A stretch of DNA of 36,529 bases from a virus: UHGV virus genome UHGV-1373462; one strand, given 5' to 3'. The translations under genes and the position numbers were made by a program. The notes beneath the pieces are model-generated. The model ran no database searches. It saw only the letters and a list, made by a program, of their open reading frames with translations, and was not told where the DNA came from. Positions 18,390-27,465 of this stretch are shown one piece after another (positions within the stretch are counted from its first letter, which is position 1; each line of letters opens with the position of its first letter).

Positions 18390-19608
18390 TGGGCTTTTCC
18401 TCGTCGGTTTTAGGTGCCTTAAAATCGTCTGCGGGGTTCGCGGCGTTAACGCTCACCAGCATTTCATCCAGGCCATCTACCGGATTCATGTCTTCGAAGG
18501 CTCGCGCTTCATTGCGGCTCATCCAGCCATCAGTGATCGCAAAGTGGTAGAACTGAGCACGTTCCTGTGGGGTCCCGCGTAGCAGGCCTGTCAGGTTAAA
18601 CCTGACGTAATACCCGGCGGCCAGTTCAGCACGGGTGAACAGGCGGCGATTGAGTTCCTGTTCCCAGTTCGTTACCCACGGCATGATCGTATAGCGGACA
18701 AACTGAATGGCCTGTTGCGTAATATTTGAGAAAGTGGCTTTTTCGAGATCGTTAATCATGTGCGCCGGTACATTAAATATCCCGGCAATCATCGACCGAT
18801 TCAGCTTCGACATATCAATGATCTGGGCATCAACCGGGGAAACGGTGAGCGCTTTGTAATCCAGCTCTGCCGGGAGAAGCATTGTTTTATTCTCCTGGCT
18901 GCGCAAAGCAGCTGTAGCTTTTTGCCACATGCTTTTTAAACGCCCCCAGCTTTCTTCATTCAGCTGGCTTTTCACCGAAATAATGCCAGCGGGTCGCGCA
19001 TTACCGTTGAAGAATGAACTGGTATAAGCCTGCCCGCTCATCCCCATGCCTATCGTCTCGGCATGCTGCATGATTGGGCTAAGCCCCATTTTCTGGTTGT
19101 TACCCAGCGCCCGGATATGCACCATATCGTCGGGATTGACGGCAAACGCCCCCTCTTCGTTGTAAACGCCATAGGTATACCGACCACCCGTGTTAAGCAG
19201 TGTCGTTTCCCAGGGCATGCAGCATTCCAGCCCGGAAACTTCACCACGACGGGAACGCTTCACCCAGGTGTAACCATTCCCCCAGCCCAAAATATGACGC
19301 TGTTTTAACTCACGCCACTTATAGCTTGTCTGCCACATATTCGGCTCATCGTGAACCAGGTAAAACACAGGGTGATCGCGGGCAGCTTCAACCTTGTTAT
19401 TGGTTTTCCGCATAACATGCAGTGGCATCTGAGCGATATTCGAAGAGATAACGTAAATACAGGCATACACCGCAGCCAGCTTCATCGCCGTTTGCGGGCT
19501 GACAAATACATCTCGGGCAAACACGTTATCGGTTTCTGCCGATTCACTCGTGATCGGAGTAGCCGGGTTTTCCAGTGGTTCACTGCGAAAAAGAGCATCA
19601 AGCAGCAT
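18382..19608 (-). CDS. Portal protein, HK97 family
   Basis: 408 aa, downstream of terminase large subunit. Confidence 0.9.
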   Translation of the reverse strand: MLLDALFRSEPLENPATPITSESAETDNVFARDVFVSPQTAMKLAAVYACIYVISSNIAQMPLHVMRKTNNKVEAARDHPVFYLVHDEPNMWQTSYKWRELKQRHILGWGNGYTWVKRSRRGEVSGLECCMPWETTLLNTGGRYTYGVYNEEGAFAVNPDDMVHIRALGNNQKMGLSPIMQHAETIGMGMSGQAYTSSFFNGNARPAGIISVKSQLNEESWGRLKSMWQKATAALRSQENKTMLLPAELDYKALTVSPVDAQIIDMSKLNRSMIAGIFNVPAHMINDLEKATFSNITQQAIQFVRYTIMPWVTNWEQELNRRLFTRAELAAGYYVRFNLTGLLRGTPQERAQFYHFAITDGWMSRNEARAFEDMNPVDGLDEMLVSVNAANPADDFKAPKTDEEKPNE

Positions 19609-19759
19609 TATTCCCCCTCATTGCCGCTAACAGCGCATAAATGAGTAGCAGGGTTCCCGACATCATCAGAGACATCGCCAGCCCGAACTGGAGATAAACG
19701 CCTGCAGCAAGCGAACCGAACCCGGTAAGCCCGATAACATCAGTGATTAGAGTTTTCAT
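19598..19759 (-). CDS. Small hydrophobic protein translationally coupled between TerL and portal
   Basis: 53 aa (MKTLITDVIGLTGFGSLAAGVYLQFGLAMSLMMSGTLLLIYALLAAMRGNNAA). Its ATG overlaps the TerL stop (ATGA) and its stop overlaps the portal start. It was not in the ORF track because it is under 60 aa. Confidence 0.4.
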   Translation of the reverse strand: MKTLITDVIGLTGFGSLAAGVYLQFGLAMSLMMSGTLLLIYALLAAMRGNNAA

Positions 19760-21507
19760 AGAAGTAAAAGGTCTTCGTCAGGATCGATAGTGGACAGGAA
19801 GTCAACTTCACCACCACCGTTAACAAGCAGGCGACTCATCGCAATAAACATCGCGACAGGACCGTCAATTTTGTTTTCAGGCGTGGCCTTGTTGGGGAAA
19901 ATATTCTCGTTTTTGTCTGGTTTGACGGTGACGTTTGACATCATCCATGTCATCACTGGATTGCCATCGTGATGAAAACGCCCGGCGTAAATTTTCGCCT
20001 CGACTTCCTTCATTGCTTCAGACAGGTTTTTAACCGTCTGAGGGACTTCAACAATTGGTACACCTTCAGCTGCTACCGACAAAGCAAACTGAGTGGCACT
20101 CCACGGATCGTATGCAAACTCGTTCAGCGAGTCACCTCGCGCCCATTCGATCGTTTCCTCTTTAATTACTGCATGGTCAACGACATCGCCATCGGTAAAC
20201 TCAAGGAATCCAGCGAGATTCCATTTTCTGTAAAGGTCCGCCTGCTGCTTGGAACAGGCTTCCAGCCGACCTTCAGGTATCCAGAATCTGGAGCGGACAT
20301 AAACATCGCCATTTGGAGCAAGCCAGACTTTAACTGCAGCTGAAATATCAATTTTGTTGGAAAGGTCAACGCCGAGCCACATTGACCAGTTGGCCGAAGT
20401 GGAGTCGTCCCAGTCGTCACGGCATTTTTCCCAGCGCGCCATATCCATCCATGCTTTTTCACCTTGCACCCAGATATTGAGATGCTTGGTAAAAAAACCG
20501 ACACGCGCCGCCACCTGCTCTTTCGCCTTTTTAGCCAGACGGCGCATATCGTCCCAACGCTTACATATCCCCAGGCCGGGATTTGCTTTCGGCCAGTTTG
20601 CCTCGTCGAAAGGATCGTCCCCCTCATCCAGGGTATAAATCAGCGCAAAATAGCTGTCATCCTTAATTGAAAGCGGGTCAGGGTTATCAAAGTTCTTCAG
20701 AACCTTGATTGCATAATCACGTTGCTCGTAGCAGATACCTTCCTTATTAAAACCCGCAGTGGTGATTGCAAAAATAAGGGACTGCAGGCGCGCACCGGTC
20801 GCTGTTTCCAGAACTTCCCAGACGTCACGAGTTTTATGTGCGTGCAGCTCATCAACGATCCCGCAGTGAATATTAAGGCCGTCGAGGTTATTCGCATCAC
20901 TGGCTACAGGTTCGAATTTTGAGCCCGTCCGCTCCTGGTGAATATTCAGCTTGTTACTACCAAACAACCGGCCCAGTGTTTTCGGAGCCAGCTTAATCAT
21001 GCGCTTCGCATCATCAAACACGATGCGGGCCTGGTCCCTGGTTGTTGCTGCGGAATAAACCTCAGAACCACCCTCACCGTCGGCACCAGTCATATAAAGC
21101 CCGATGCCAGACGAAAGCGTTGATTTTGCATTTTTACGCGCTACTTCGTCATAGGCGGTACGAAAGCGACGCACAAACATGGGGTCGCCATCGTCGTCAA
21201 GAATGCTCTCAAACGTTATTTCATCTATCAGCGGGACGACAAACCCGAAAAGGTTAATCAGGATGAAGGTGTGCCAGTCCATCAACTCGATCGGCTTGCC
21301 GGTCAAGTGACCCTTCACATGGGGGACGAAGTTATAAAAATCGAGAACGTGCTGGGCGCGGCCTTCATCAAAATAAACACCGCGCTCCGGGCCGTGCTCT
21401 AAATCATGAAAGAACCGCTGGCACGCAAGACGCACCAGTTCGCCAGCAACGATATCGCCAGATACCACGCGCTCGGCGTAGCGGAATCCATCTGCAACGG
21501 TTGCCAT
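19756..21507 (-). CDS. Terminase large subunit
   Basis: 583 aa, the typical size for a large terminase (ATPase plus nuclease). Confidence 0.9.
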   Translation of the reverse strand: MATVADGFRYAERVVSGDIVAGELVRLACQRFFHDLEHGPERGVYFDEGRAQHVLDFYNFVPHVKGHLTGKPIELMDWHTFILINLFGFVVPLIDEITFESILDDDGDPMFVRRFRTAYDEVARKNAKSTLSSGIGLYMTGADGEGGSEVYSAATTRDQARIVFDDAKRMIKLAPKTLGRLFGSNKLNIHQERTGSKFEPVASDANNLDGLNIHCGIVDELHAHKTRDVWEVLETATGARLQSLIFAITTAGFNKEGICYEQRDYAIKVLKNFDNPDPLSIKDDSYFALIYTLDEGDDPFDEANWPKANPGLGICKRWDDMRRLAKKAKEQVAARVGFFTKHLNIWVQGEKAWMDMARWEKCRDDWDDSTSANWSMWLGVDLSNKIDISAAVKVWLAPNGDVYVRSRFWIPEGRLEACSKQQADLYRKWNLAGFLEFTDGDVVDHAVIKEETIEWARGDSLNEFAYDPWSATQFALSVAAEGVPIVEVPQTVKNLSEAMKEVEAKIYAGRFHHDGNPVMTWMMSNVTVKPDKNENIFPNKATPENKIDGPVAMFIAMSRLLVNGGGEVDFLSTIDPDEDLLLL

Positions 21508-21510
21508 TCA

Positions 21511-22008
21511 TCATTTGCGCTTTTTAAGAAATTCTTCCAGTGGGTCGGCTTCTGCCGGGCCTTTTGCACCAACCTTTGATCGGCTGGCAGGTGTCATGCC
21601 GAATTCGCTCAGCATCGCTCTGATCCGTTTCCACGCGTCAGCCTTCATGACTGCTGCAGGGTGCGGTTTGATCATTCTGATTTCCCGCTCCCCTCCTTCG
21701 TCTGAATCATCTTCGCTGTAGACGGCATAGGTGTAACCTTCACGATCAAGCGTGTCGCAGTGATGCCGGTATTCAACATAGGCTTCTATCAACAGCTCCA
21801 GCGCTTTAGCATCCAGCGTGGTCAACACGCCGACGGCATCAAGTTCCTCACCAATACGCTTGAACCAGTACTTACCCTGTTTATCGAAATGTTTCGGTAT
21901 TGGGGGGACCCCTGACGGGGGTTTTGGCTCGTTCTTATTGATCGGGCGCTTGGATGGGTTCCCCTTCACTAAAGCCAGATGTGTCGGGGTTTTCGGTGGT
22001 CCAGGCAT
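21511..22008 (-). CDS. Terminase small subunit, P27 family
   Basis: 165 aa, immediately upstream of TerL. The N-terminus is P27-family-like (PKTPTHLALVKGNPSKRP). Confidence 0.8.
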   Translation of the reverse strand: MPGPPKTPTHLALVKGNPSKRPINKNEPKPPSGVPPIPKHFDKQGKYWFKRIGEELDAVGVLTTLDAKALELLIEAYVEYRHHCDTLDREGYTYAVYSEDDSDEGGEREIRMIKPHPAAVMKADAWKRIRAMLSEFGMTPASRSKVGAKGPAEADPLEEFLKKRK

Positions 22009-22029
22009 AATCGAAAACTCCTATTAATC

Positions 22030-22150
22030 ATTGGATGGGGGACCCCAAAAAAAAGTTTTCTAACCTGCGGCGGTGTGAAAAAAGGTTAGGCGGCGGTCCT
22101 TTGGGCCTTCGCCGTCAGGGATTTGACCCCGCCCCCTCTGCCTCGACTCA
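22030..22150. other. Candidate cos region between the HNH endonuclease and TerS
   Basis: GC-rich tracts (AGGCGGCGGTCCT, resembling lambda cosN GGGCGGCGACCT, and GACCCCGCCCCCTCTGCCTCG) lie in the 155-nt HNH-TerS spacer. HNH-cos-TerS is the usual HK97-like arrangement. Confidence 0.3.
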
Positions 22151-22164
22151 AATGGGAATCGATA

Positions 22165-22515
22165 TCACTTGAAACGTTCACGTCCGGTTTTCGTTCTGTG
22201 ACAGGGCCAGCACAGGCTTTCGAGGTTCGAATCATCATCGGTACCCCCATGAGCTTTAGCCTTGATGTGGTCAACGGTCTTGGCTGCAACGGCTCGCCCA
22301 GTTCGAAGGCAGTTCTGACATAGGTGATTATCACGCTTAAGAATGCGGGCTCGCTTAATGTCCCACTGGCTACCATAGCCGCGCTCATGCCTACTCTTGC
22401 CTTGCTGATGCTGTTGCCAGCCTTCATTGCGGTGCTTCTCGCAGTATCCTGAGCGGTCGGTTGTTGTGCCTGCGCATCCACGCTTACGGCATACACGGGG
22501 AATTAGTGCGGGCAT
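22165..22515 (-). CDS. HNH endonuclease (terminase-associated)
   Basis: A CxxC...H...N...CxxCH zinc-finger HNH motif is present (CQNCLRTG...VDHIKAKAHGG...NLESLCWPCH). The start is M10 of the track ORF (SD GGAG). Confidence 0.85.
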   Translation of the reverse strand: MPALIPRVCRKRGCAGTTTDRSGYCEKHRNEGWQQHQQGKSRHERGYGSQWDIKRARILKRDNHLCQNCLRTGRAVAAKTVDHIKAKAHGGTDDDSNLESLCWPCHRTKTGRERFK

Positions 22516-22529
22516 CCTTATCATCTCCA

Positions 22530-22560
22530 ATAAAAAAGCCACCGTTTAAAAGGTGGCTTT
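22530..22560 (-). terminator. Rho-independent terminator of the lysis/terminase-junction moron
   Basis: On the minus strand, AGCCACC-TTTTAAAC-GGTGGCT is followed by TTTTTTATTGG. Confidence 0.6.
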
Positions 22561-22579
22561 CATAAATTACAAAGGGATT

Positions 22580-22952
22580 CTATAGAAGGTTTTTCTTTGC
22601 CATTCTTAGCTTGTGTTCGAGATTTCTTATTGTTATCCCTAGCTCATTAACTTTCTGCTTGGTATATCTATCTGAATCTATCCAGTAGTCTGATTTGTAA
22701 TCACATATCTCTGACAACCCTGGAGAAATATCTTGAAATAAGAGACCGACACGTCTCCACTCCTTCGCAAGTTCAAGTTCCCTTTGAGCGTCTTTAACAC
22801 CTTGGTGTGCGAAATCCCTCAGGTAGGCCCGATTCTCTATCAATAAATTTGATAGTGCTTCTAACTTGGATATTGTTAGCTCTCGTTTCTGTTTGGACCA
22901 TGACAAATAGCATTCCCATAATCCAGTAATAGCAGCGCTTATATATTCGCCC
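22580..22952 (-). CDS. Moron: AT-rich alpha-helical hypothetical protein
   Basis: 124 aa from MGEYIS, or 140 aa from an upstream GTG. GC content is clearly lower than the flanking genes. It has a dedicated terminator. Confidence 0.5.
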
Positions 22953-23026
22953 ATATTTAACGACCTGGTTGTGTGCAAGTAGTTAAACATTATCACAGGC
23001 ACTCAGTGAATGCCTGCTGTAATGCC

Positions 23027-23272
23027 TTAGCTGGCCTGCTCAGCGCCGGTATCAAACAGCGTCAATGCTTCAGTAGACTCCTGAATTGCCTTCATGGCCT
23101 TTGCCACGTAGGTGTTCTCAGTTGTGACGCGGTTGTATTGCTGGACGAACATTTGATACTTGAGATCGTCGTCCTGTACGAATTGAATGGCTTCTTTCGC
23201 TGCGGCTGTGTCATAGCCCAGCATTGCAAGCAAGTTCATTCGAATCTGTTGAGCTGAAGTGATCTCTGCCAT
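23027..23272 (-). CDS. Small hypothetical protein
   Basis: 81 aa with a good SD (AGAGGT). Confidence 0.5.
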   Translation of the reverse strand: MAEITSAQQIRMNLLAMLGYDTAAAKEAIQFVQDDDLKYQMFVQQYNRVTTENTYVAKAMKAIQESTEALTLFDTGAEQAS

Positions 23273-23591
23273 GTGTTACCTCTGTGCGATGTGGGGAGCA
23301 TTATCGAAGCCACTCGGCAGAATGGCTCCTGTAATGCTTTGCCACTTCCCGGAGTGGCCACGCTCATGCCCTTGAGTCCATGCCGCATCATCGCCGCTTA
23401 TAACCGGTGCGCGTCTGGCATTCGCGCTGCTTTACCGGAGCTTCTTTTGATATAAGAACCTTGACCCGTCGCTACACAGGCTCGCTCAATGGCGACTCAG
23501 GGGAGCATCACGACTGCTCCATTGCCTTTCAGCTGCGTTCTATCCGCTTATTGCTTCATTGGTTTATCCTCGCGTGGGGATAGTTGGTGAT

Positions 23592-23822
23592 TTATCCCTT
23601 AGTGGGGGTAATGTTCGAGCAATTGGCCTGCACTGCTTTGTTGTGCGCCAGAATGTCGCGCTTGGTCTGCTTATCCAGCACGTCGATATCATGGTCAGTA
23701 AGGTAGATGATCCGTACCCAGCTGCAGGCCGTATCAACGACTACCGGGGCGGGTAAACTTTTCGCGCAGCTCCCGATCAACATCGTCATCAGGCATATGG
23801 CTAACAGTCTGCTGTACATCAC
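23592..23822 (-). CDS. Outer-membrane lipoprotein spanin (Rz1-like o-spanin), overlapped arrangement
   Basis: It has a signal peptide with lipobox LIGSC. It starts inside the i-spanin gene in another frame and extends past its end. Confidence 0.55.
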   Translation of the reverse strand: MMYSRLLAICLMTMLIGSCAKSLPAPVVVDTACSWVRIIYLTDHDIDVLDKQTKRDILAHNKAVQANCSNITPTKG

Positions 23823-24015
23823 TGGCCCCTTTCACAACTTCCGCCTTACGTTCTGCCGCGGCGACGGTGGCGGCGGCCTTCTCTTCGGTACGCTGCTGAT
23901 CGGCTTTGGCTTCCGCCTTACTGGTCCCGCGAGCATGACCAATGCCGAACGCGCCAGCGATAGCGCCCAGGATGACGACCACCAGCCCCGCGATTGCTTC
24001 TATTCCCATAATCAC
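23734..24015 (-). CDS. Inner-membrane spanin (Rz-like i-spanin)
   Basis: An N-terminal TM helix is followed by a charged, Ala/Glu/Lys-rich periplasmic segment. It sits directly after the endolysin. Confidence 0.5.
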   Translation of the reverse strand: MIMGIEAIAGLVVVILGAIAGAFGIGHARGTSKAEAKADQQRTEEKAAATVAAAERKAEVVKGASDVQQTVSHMPDDDVDRELREKFTRPGSR

Positions 24016-24641
24016 ACCACCAGTACAGATTTTGCTTTCAGGAAACGAGCGCGCCGGTTATTAATCCCGTTTTGTCCGCCGTTGATAATCTGCGTGACCC
24101 GGACAAGCTCACCCGGATATTTCAAGCAACCTTTTGAGACATAGAACCACGCTGCACTACGGGCCGCGTACAAGGACTGCTCCAGTAATTCTGGCTGTGC
24201 CACCAGATCAACCTTCAGCCCGTTACCGCAGTCCCGGTAATTAGATAGTCCGGTTATTTGAATAAGTCCGCGCCCTCGATAAACCCAGCCATCAGTTGCC
24301 CTGTTGTTACCCAACCGCTTGCTATAGACAATGTTGGCGATAGCCCGCTGGCGCTCCAGGGGTAACACTTTTTCCGACTGGCTGCGCCCGAGGGAATTGG
24401 CCTGATCCTGCGTTAACCTGCCGTAACGAACAAAATCAGCAAGCCCGGCGATGCTGTAGTTGAAATTCTCCACTACCCTGTTAAACCCGAGGCTTTCATG
24501 GCCGCACTGAGCAATGAACATTGCCTGGTCGATAGCGGAAGTGATGCCAAACTCTTTCATCGCCGCTGTAATATGCGGATACCAGCGCGCAGCTAACCCG
24601 GCGCTGATACCAGCCGCCTTCTGGAATTGTGTTTGATTCAT
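24012..24641 (-). CDS. Endolysin, glycoside hydrolase family 19 (chitinase-like lysozyme)
   Basis: 209 aa with GH19-type motifs (FIAQCGHESLGF, GRGLIQITG). Confidence 0.85.
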   Translation of the reverse strand: MNQTQFQKAAGISAGLAARWYPHITAAMKEFGITSAIDQAMFIAQCGHESLGFNRVVENFNYSIAGLADFVRYGRLTQDQANSLGRSQSEKVLPLERQRAIANIVYSKRLGNNRATDGWVYRGRGLIQITGLSNYRDCGNGLKVDLVAQPELLEQSLYAARSAAWFYVSKGCLKYPGELVRVTQIINGGQNGINNRRARFLKAKSVLVV

Positions 24642-24922
24642 TAGTGCCTCAGTGCATCAACCAGCCGCGCTACATTGCCTCTTACGCTCAGCAGCACAAC
24701 AAGGATCATGATATTGGCCGCAATGGTGGGCCATGATGAATAGGGATAGATGCCGCACAGATACGCCAACGGCACAGAGCTGTATATTACTGTTATCAGC
24801 CATGCCAGCCGCGACACCCACTTACGATGACGTGAGTCTCTGCGGCGATAGAACATCAACGTAACAACGACACCAGCACATAACAGCGCATTGATGGTTG
24901 CAGTTGGATCATTTAGTACCAC
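24641..24922 (-). CDS. Holin-like membrane protein (3 predicted TM)
   Basis: 93 aa with three hydrophobic helices. It has a GTG start and lies between the larger holin and the endolysin. Confidence 0.55.
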   Translation of the reverse strand: MVLNDPTATINALLCAGVVVTLMFYRRRDSRHRKWVSRLAWLITVIYSSVPLAYLCGIYPYSSWPTIAANIMILVVLLSVRGNVARLVDALRH

Positions 24923-25295
24923 CGGAACCTCCCCGGCGCGTTATTAGCGCCACCAGCGAGCCAATATCCTGATTGTTCAGGAAAGTGAGTATTTTCACGG
25001 CTAATGCCGAAATGATTACGGCACCAATAGCATCCAGAGGCTTATCGTTATACCCGGTGAGGTCGGATAGCTTAGAACCGACCAGCCCGGAGCACAGAAC
25101 TCCAGCGATATAGGACACAACGAAATAGGCCATCCGTCGTGGGGCGCTCAAATCTGCCGCTGTCGCTATATAAAAGACAGAACCGGCAAATGCCCCGAAC
25201 ACAACACCGTAGTCAGTACCGGTTAACAGCCCGTAAACACTCGCCCCAGTTAAAGCGCCACCAGCTAAGCCTGTGCCGGTTATTGGTTCGGACAT
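24909..25295 (-). CDS. Holin (4 predicted TM)
   Basis: 128 aa, Gly/Ala-rich TM helices with a charged C-terminus. SD is GAGGGGG. It is the first gene of the lysis cassette. Confidence 0.65.
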   Translation of the reverse strand: MSEPITGTGLAGGALTGASVYGLLTGTDYGVVFGAFAGSVFYIATAADLSAPRRMAYFVVSYIAGVLCSGLVGSKLSDLTGYNDKPLDAIGAVIISALAVKILTFLNNQDIGSLVALITRRGGSGGTK

Positions 25296-25337
25296 CGGTC
25301 CCCCTCAATTGCTGTGAATCCTCTCAGAATGAGGGGA

Positions 25338-25365
25338 ATAAAAAAGACCTCTAAAAAGAGGTCTT
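25338..25365 (-). terminator. Rho-independent terminator of the Q/holin-junction moron
   Basis: On the minus strand, AGACCTC-TTTTTA-GAGGTCT is followed by TTTTTTATTCCCC. Confidence 0.6.
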
Positions 25366-25390
25366 GCTCTGTTGATAGATAGTTACTTAT

Positions 25391-25723
25391 TTATCTGACG
25401 TCCCAGACAGTTTCATCCAAGTCGATGATGATATTGTCACCTTCGATTTCAAACTCCATAGTCCCATTGATAGTGCTGGTGTCGTCCATGTCTGCGCACC
25501 CAGCGTAGAAATTTATCTCAGCTGTATATTCAAAAAAGCCTTCAGCTATCATTGTGATTTTAAAAGAACCATCAATGACTGAGTACCGCGCATCACCACC
25601 AAAACCAGTAAGGAGATGCTCGTCGAACACACCCGCATTGGATTCGATAATACCTTTCAGAGTATTTAAATCTGATGGGCTTGTGCCATTAAGAGGTATT
25701 TGATGATTTGTAATCTGCTGCAT
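25391..25723 (-). CDS. Moron: AT-rich acidic hypothetical protein between tR' and the holin
   Basis: 110 aa, SD AGGTGG, low GC. It lies in the position where Qin carries cspB/cspF. Confidence 0.55.
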   Translation of the reverse strand: MQQITNHQIPLNGTSPSDLNTLKGIIESNAGVFDEHLLTGFGGDARYSVIDGSFKITMIAEGFFEYTAEINFYAGCADMDDTSTINGTMEFEIEGDNIIIDLDETVWDVR

Positions 25724-25802
25724 ATATCCACCTATTTGTTGATGTGTGGATTTAGCATATTTCCAAAACGGTTATGTCAGAAATGTTTTTTAAATCAGAA
25801 AT

Positions 25803-25840
25803 GAAAAAACCCGCACAGGTGGCGGGCTTATGTTTTGTTT
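25803..25840. terminator. tR'-like terminator downstream of Q (bidirectional hairpin)
   Basis: A hairpin CCCGC-ACAGGTG-GCGGG is followed by TTTTTT on the minus strand and by a T-rich tract on the plus strand. It sits about 50 nt below the Q stop, where a PR'/qut/tR' leader is expected. Confidence 0.55.
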
Positions 25841-25880
25841 TGCTGCTCAGTTCGCTTTAACGTCCCGAGCCTATCACAAT

Positions 25881-26459
25881 TCAAGCACTTTCCGCGCAAC
25901 TATTCAAGTAAAATCTGTCGCCATTTGTGCCAAATGCGTCACACATTGGCGCGTAAAGCATCGATTCTGCAAGATTTAGCCAAACATCGATCCTGCTCTC
26001 ACAAGTCCGCAAGCACCATTCTGGATGCTTTTCGTTTAGCGCTTTCGCCATCGCCTTCTTACTCATGCGGTAGACATATCGATCCTTTATTAACTTATAG
26101 AGAGCTTTATTACCGGAACGCACAAGCTGAGCACTAAGCACAGAATCAATCATCAACCCTTCCTCGTCAGTACAAAACGCCAGGCCGCTTTTATTTTTAC
26201 CACTCAGGATTTCCTTAAAGAACGCTTCCAGCTCTGGCTTGGTAATGCCTGATTTTTTCATACGGCGCAAAGCATCGTTTATAGCCGTCTTCGTTATCTT
26301 CCCTGACGCCAACAGCTGATTGAACATATTTCCACCACTACCGCCGCCGATGTAAGACCAGCGGCCCCACATGCGCAGCTTCCCTTGAATCCAGATGGCC
26401 TCCAGCGTTTTCAGCCTGACCATTTCACCAGCTTTTCCAACCTCGGACGGGTTAATCAT
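25881..26459 (-). CDS. Late-gene antiterminator Q-like protein
   Basis: The position is diagnostic: it follows the DUF968 gene and lies directly upstream of the tR' terminator and the lysis genes, as in the E. coli Qin prophage (ydfU-quuQ-ess). The start at 26459 (MINPSEV) has SD GGAGAAC. The 252-aa track ORF overlaps the upstream gene. Confidence 0.5.
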   Translation of the reverse strand: MINPSEVGKAGEMVRLKTLEAIWIQGKLRMWGRWSYIGGGSGGNMFNQLLASGKITKTAINDALRRMKKSGITKPELEAFFKEILSGKNKSGLAFCTDEEGLMIDSVLSAQLVRSGNKALYKLIKDRYVYRMSKKAMAKALNEKHPEWCLRTCESRIDVWLNLAESMLYAPMCDAFGTNGDRFYLNSCAESA

Positions 26460-26472
26460 TATGCGTTCTCCA

Positions 26473-27453
26473 CTATGCCAGCACGCCAATTGCCAGCGAA
26501 CGATCCAGAAATCGAAACAGCAGCTCCAGCTGTGAGCCGTGCTTCTCCTCAAATGCCACGGTGTCAGCGTGCAACTCGTCGTGATGCGCTCTGCAAAGCG
26601 GCAACACAAACAGGTCATGCGCTTTTGTTCCCATTCCACCTTGTCCGTGGCCTATCAGGTGATGGGGATCATCTGCTTGTTTGTTACAGCAGACACACTG
26701 CTGGGACTTAACCCAGCGCGTCCAGCTCTCGTTTACCCAGCGGCGGCGCTTTGGTCGCAGCATGAATGATTCCGGCGTTTCAGGATCTACTCGAAGACCA
26801 AGAATCTTTTTCTGCACCACTTCACTCGCCGCTGGCTCAGGGACAACATCGCTCTCCTTCATCACCGGTTGATGCTTTATTTCCGGCAATCGCAGGGCTT
26901 TCCGGGCCAGCGATTCAGGGATGACGTGCGCCAGATTGTTTATAACCAGCCACCAGCACAACTCCGGGATCGTCAGTTGATGGTCTTCGTTGAACCCCAG
27001 CTGTGAGCGGATGACCGTTATCAGCCAGGATACCAGGTTCTCACGCGCAATACCTGCCAGCGTCTCTGTATGCTGATCACGCAGCAGGTTATCGCAGGCC
27101 CAGCAAAGGCGGATGCTGCCAGGCTCATGCCGGAACAGCGTAAAATTTTCGCTGTGCCACGAGCCGTGCGGATACTGGCATTCAAAACGACGCTCCAGCT
27201 CGGCCTCCAGCGAGCTAATACCACCCGCGCGCAGAATGACGTCTTTGTTTTCGAATACAGGTATCAAAACCGGGTCTTCTGCCAGTGGCTGCGTGGCGGG
27301 AGGAATGACGCCGGTAGCATAGTCGCTGTATTTTTCCGGTGCAGGCTCAATCAGTACCCGCCCTCTCCTGAACATCGGCATGAGATCAGCGCCTGGGCGA
27401 AGAAGAACAACGCCCATGCGTGGGGCAATCTCAGGGGTTAATAGTGCTCTCAT
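26473..27453 (-). CDS. DUF968-family protein (YdfU-like) with a C-terminal HNH-like Cys/His motif
   Basis: 326 aa. The C-terminus reads CVCCNKQADDPHHLIGHGQGGMGTKAHD...LPLCRAHHDELH. This is the usual nin-region gene between RusA and Q. Confidence 0.65.
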   Translation of the reverse strand: MRALLTPEIAPRMGVVLLRPGADLMPMFRRGRVLIEPAPEKYSDYATGVIPPATQPLAEDPVLIPVFENKDVILRAGGISSLEAELERRFECQYPHGSWHSENFTLFRHEPGSIRLCWACDNLLRDQHTETLAGIARENLVSWLITVIRSQLGFNEDHQLTIPELCWWLVINNLAHVIPESLARKALRLPEIKHQPVMKESDVVPEPAASEVVQKKILGLRVDPETPESFMLRPKRRRWVNESWTRWVKSQQCVCCNKQADDPHHLIGHGQGGMGTKAHDLFVLPLCRAHHDELHADTVAFEEKHGSQLELLFRFLDRSLAIGVLA

Positions 27454-27465
27454 ATCATCTCCACG

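Noticed and set aside
22086-22496. 136-aa ORF overlapping the HNH endonuclease gene in another frame
   Set aside because: The HNH frame has diagnostic motifs and this one has none. Part of it covers the putative cos spacer.
26460-26639. Longer 252-aa version of the Q-like ORF overlapping the DUF968 gene by about 165 nt
   Set aside because: The ATG at 26459 has a good SD immediately after the DUF968 stop. The upstream extension (Cys/Trp-rich) looks like an out-of-frame read of the DUF968 C-terminus. It is kept as a caveat because QuuQ-family proteins are about 250 aa.
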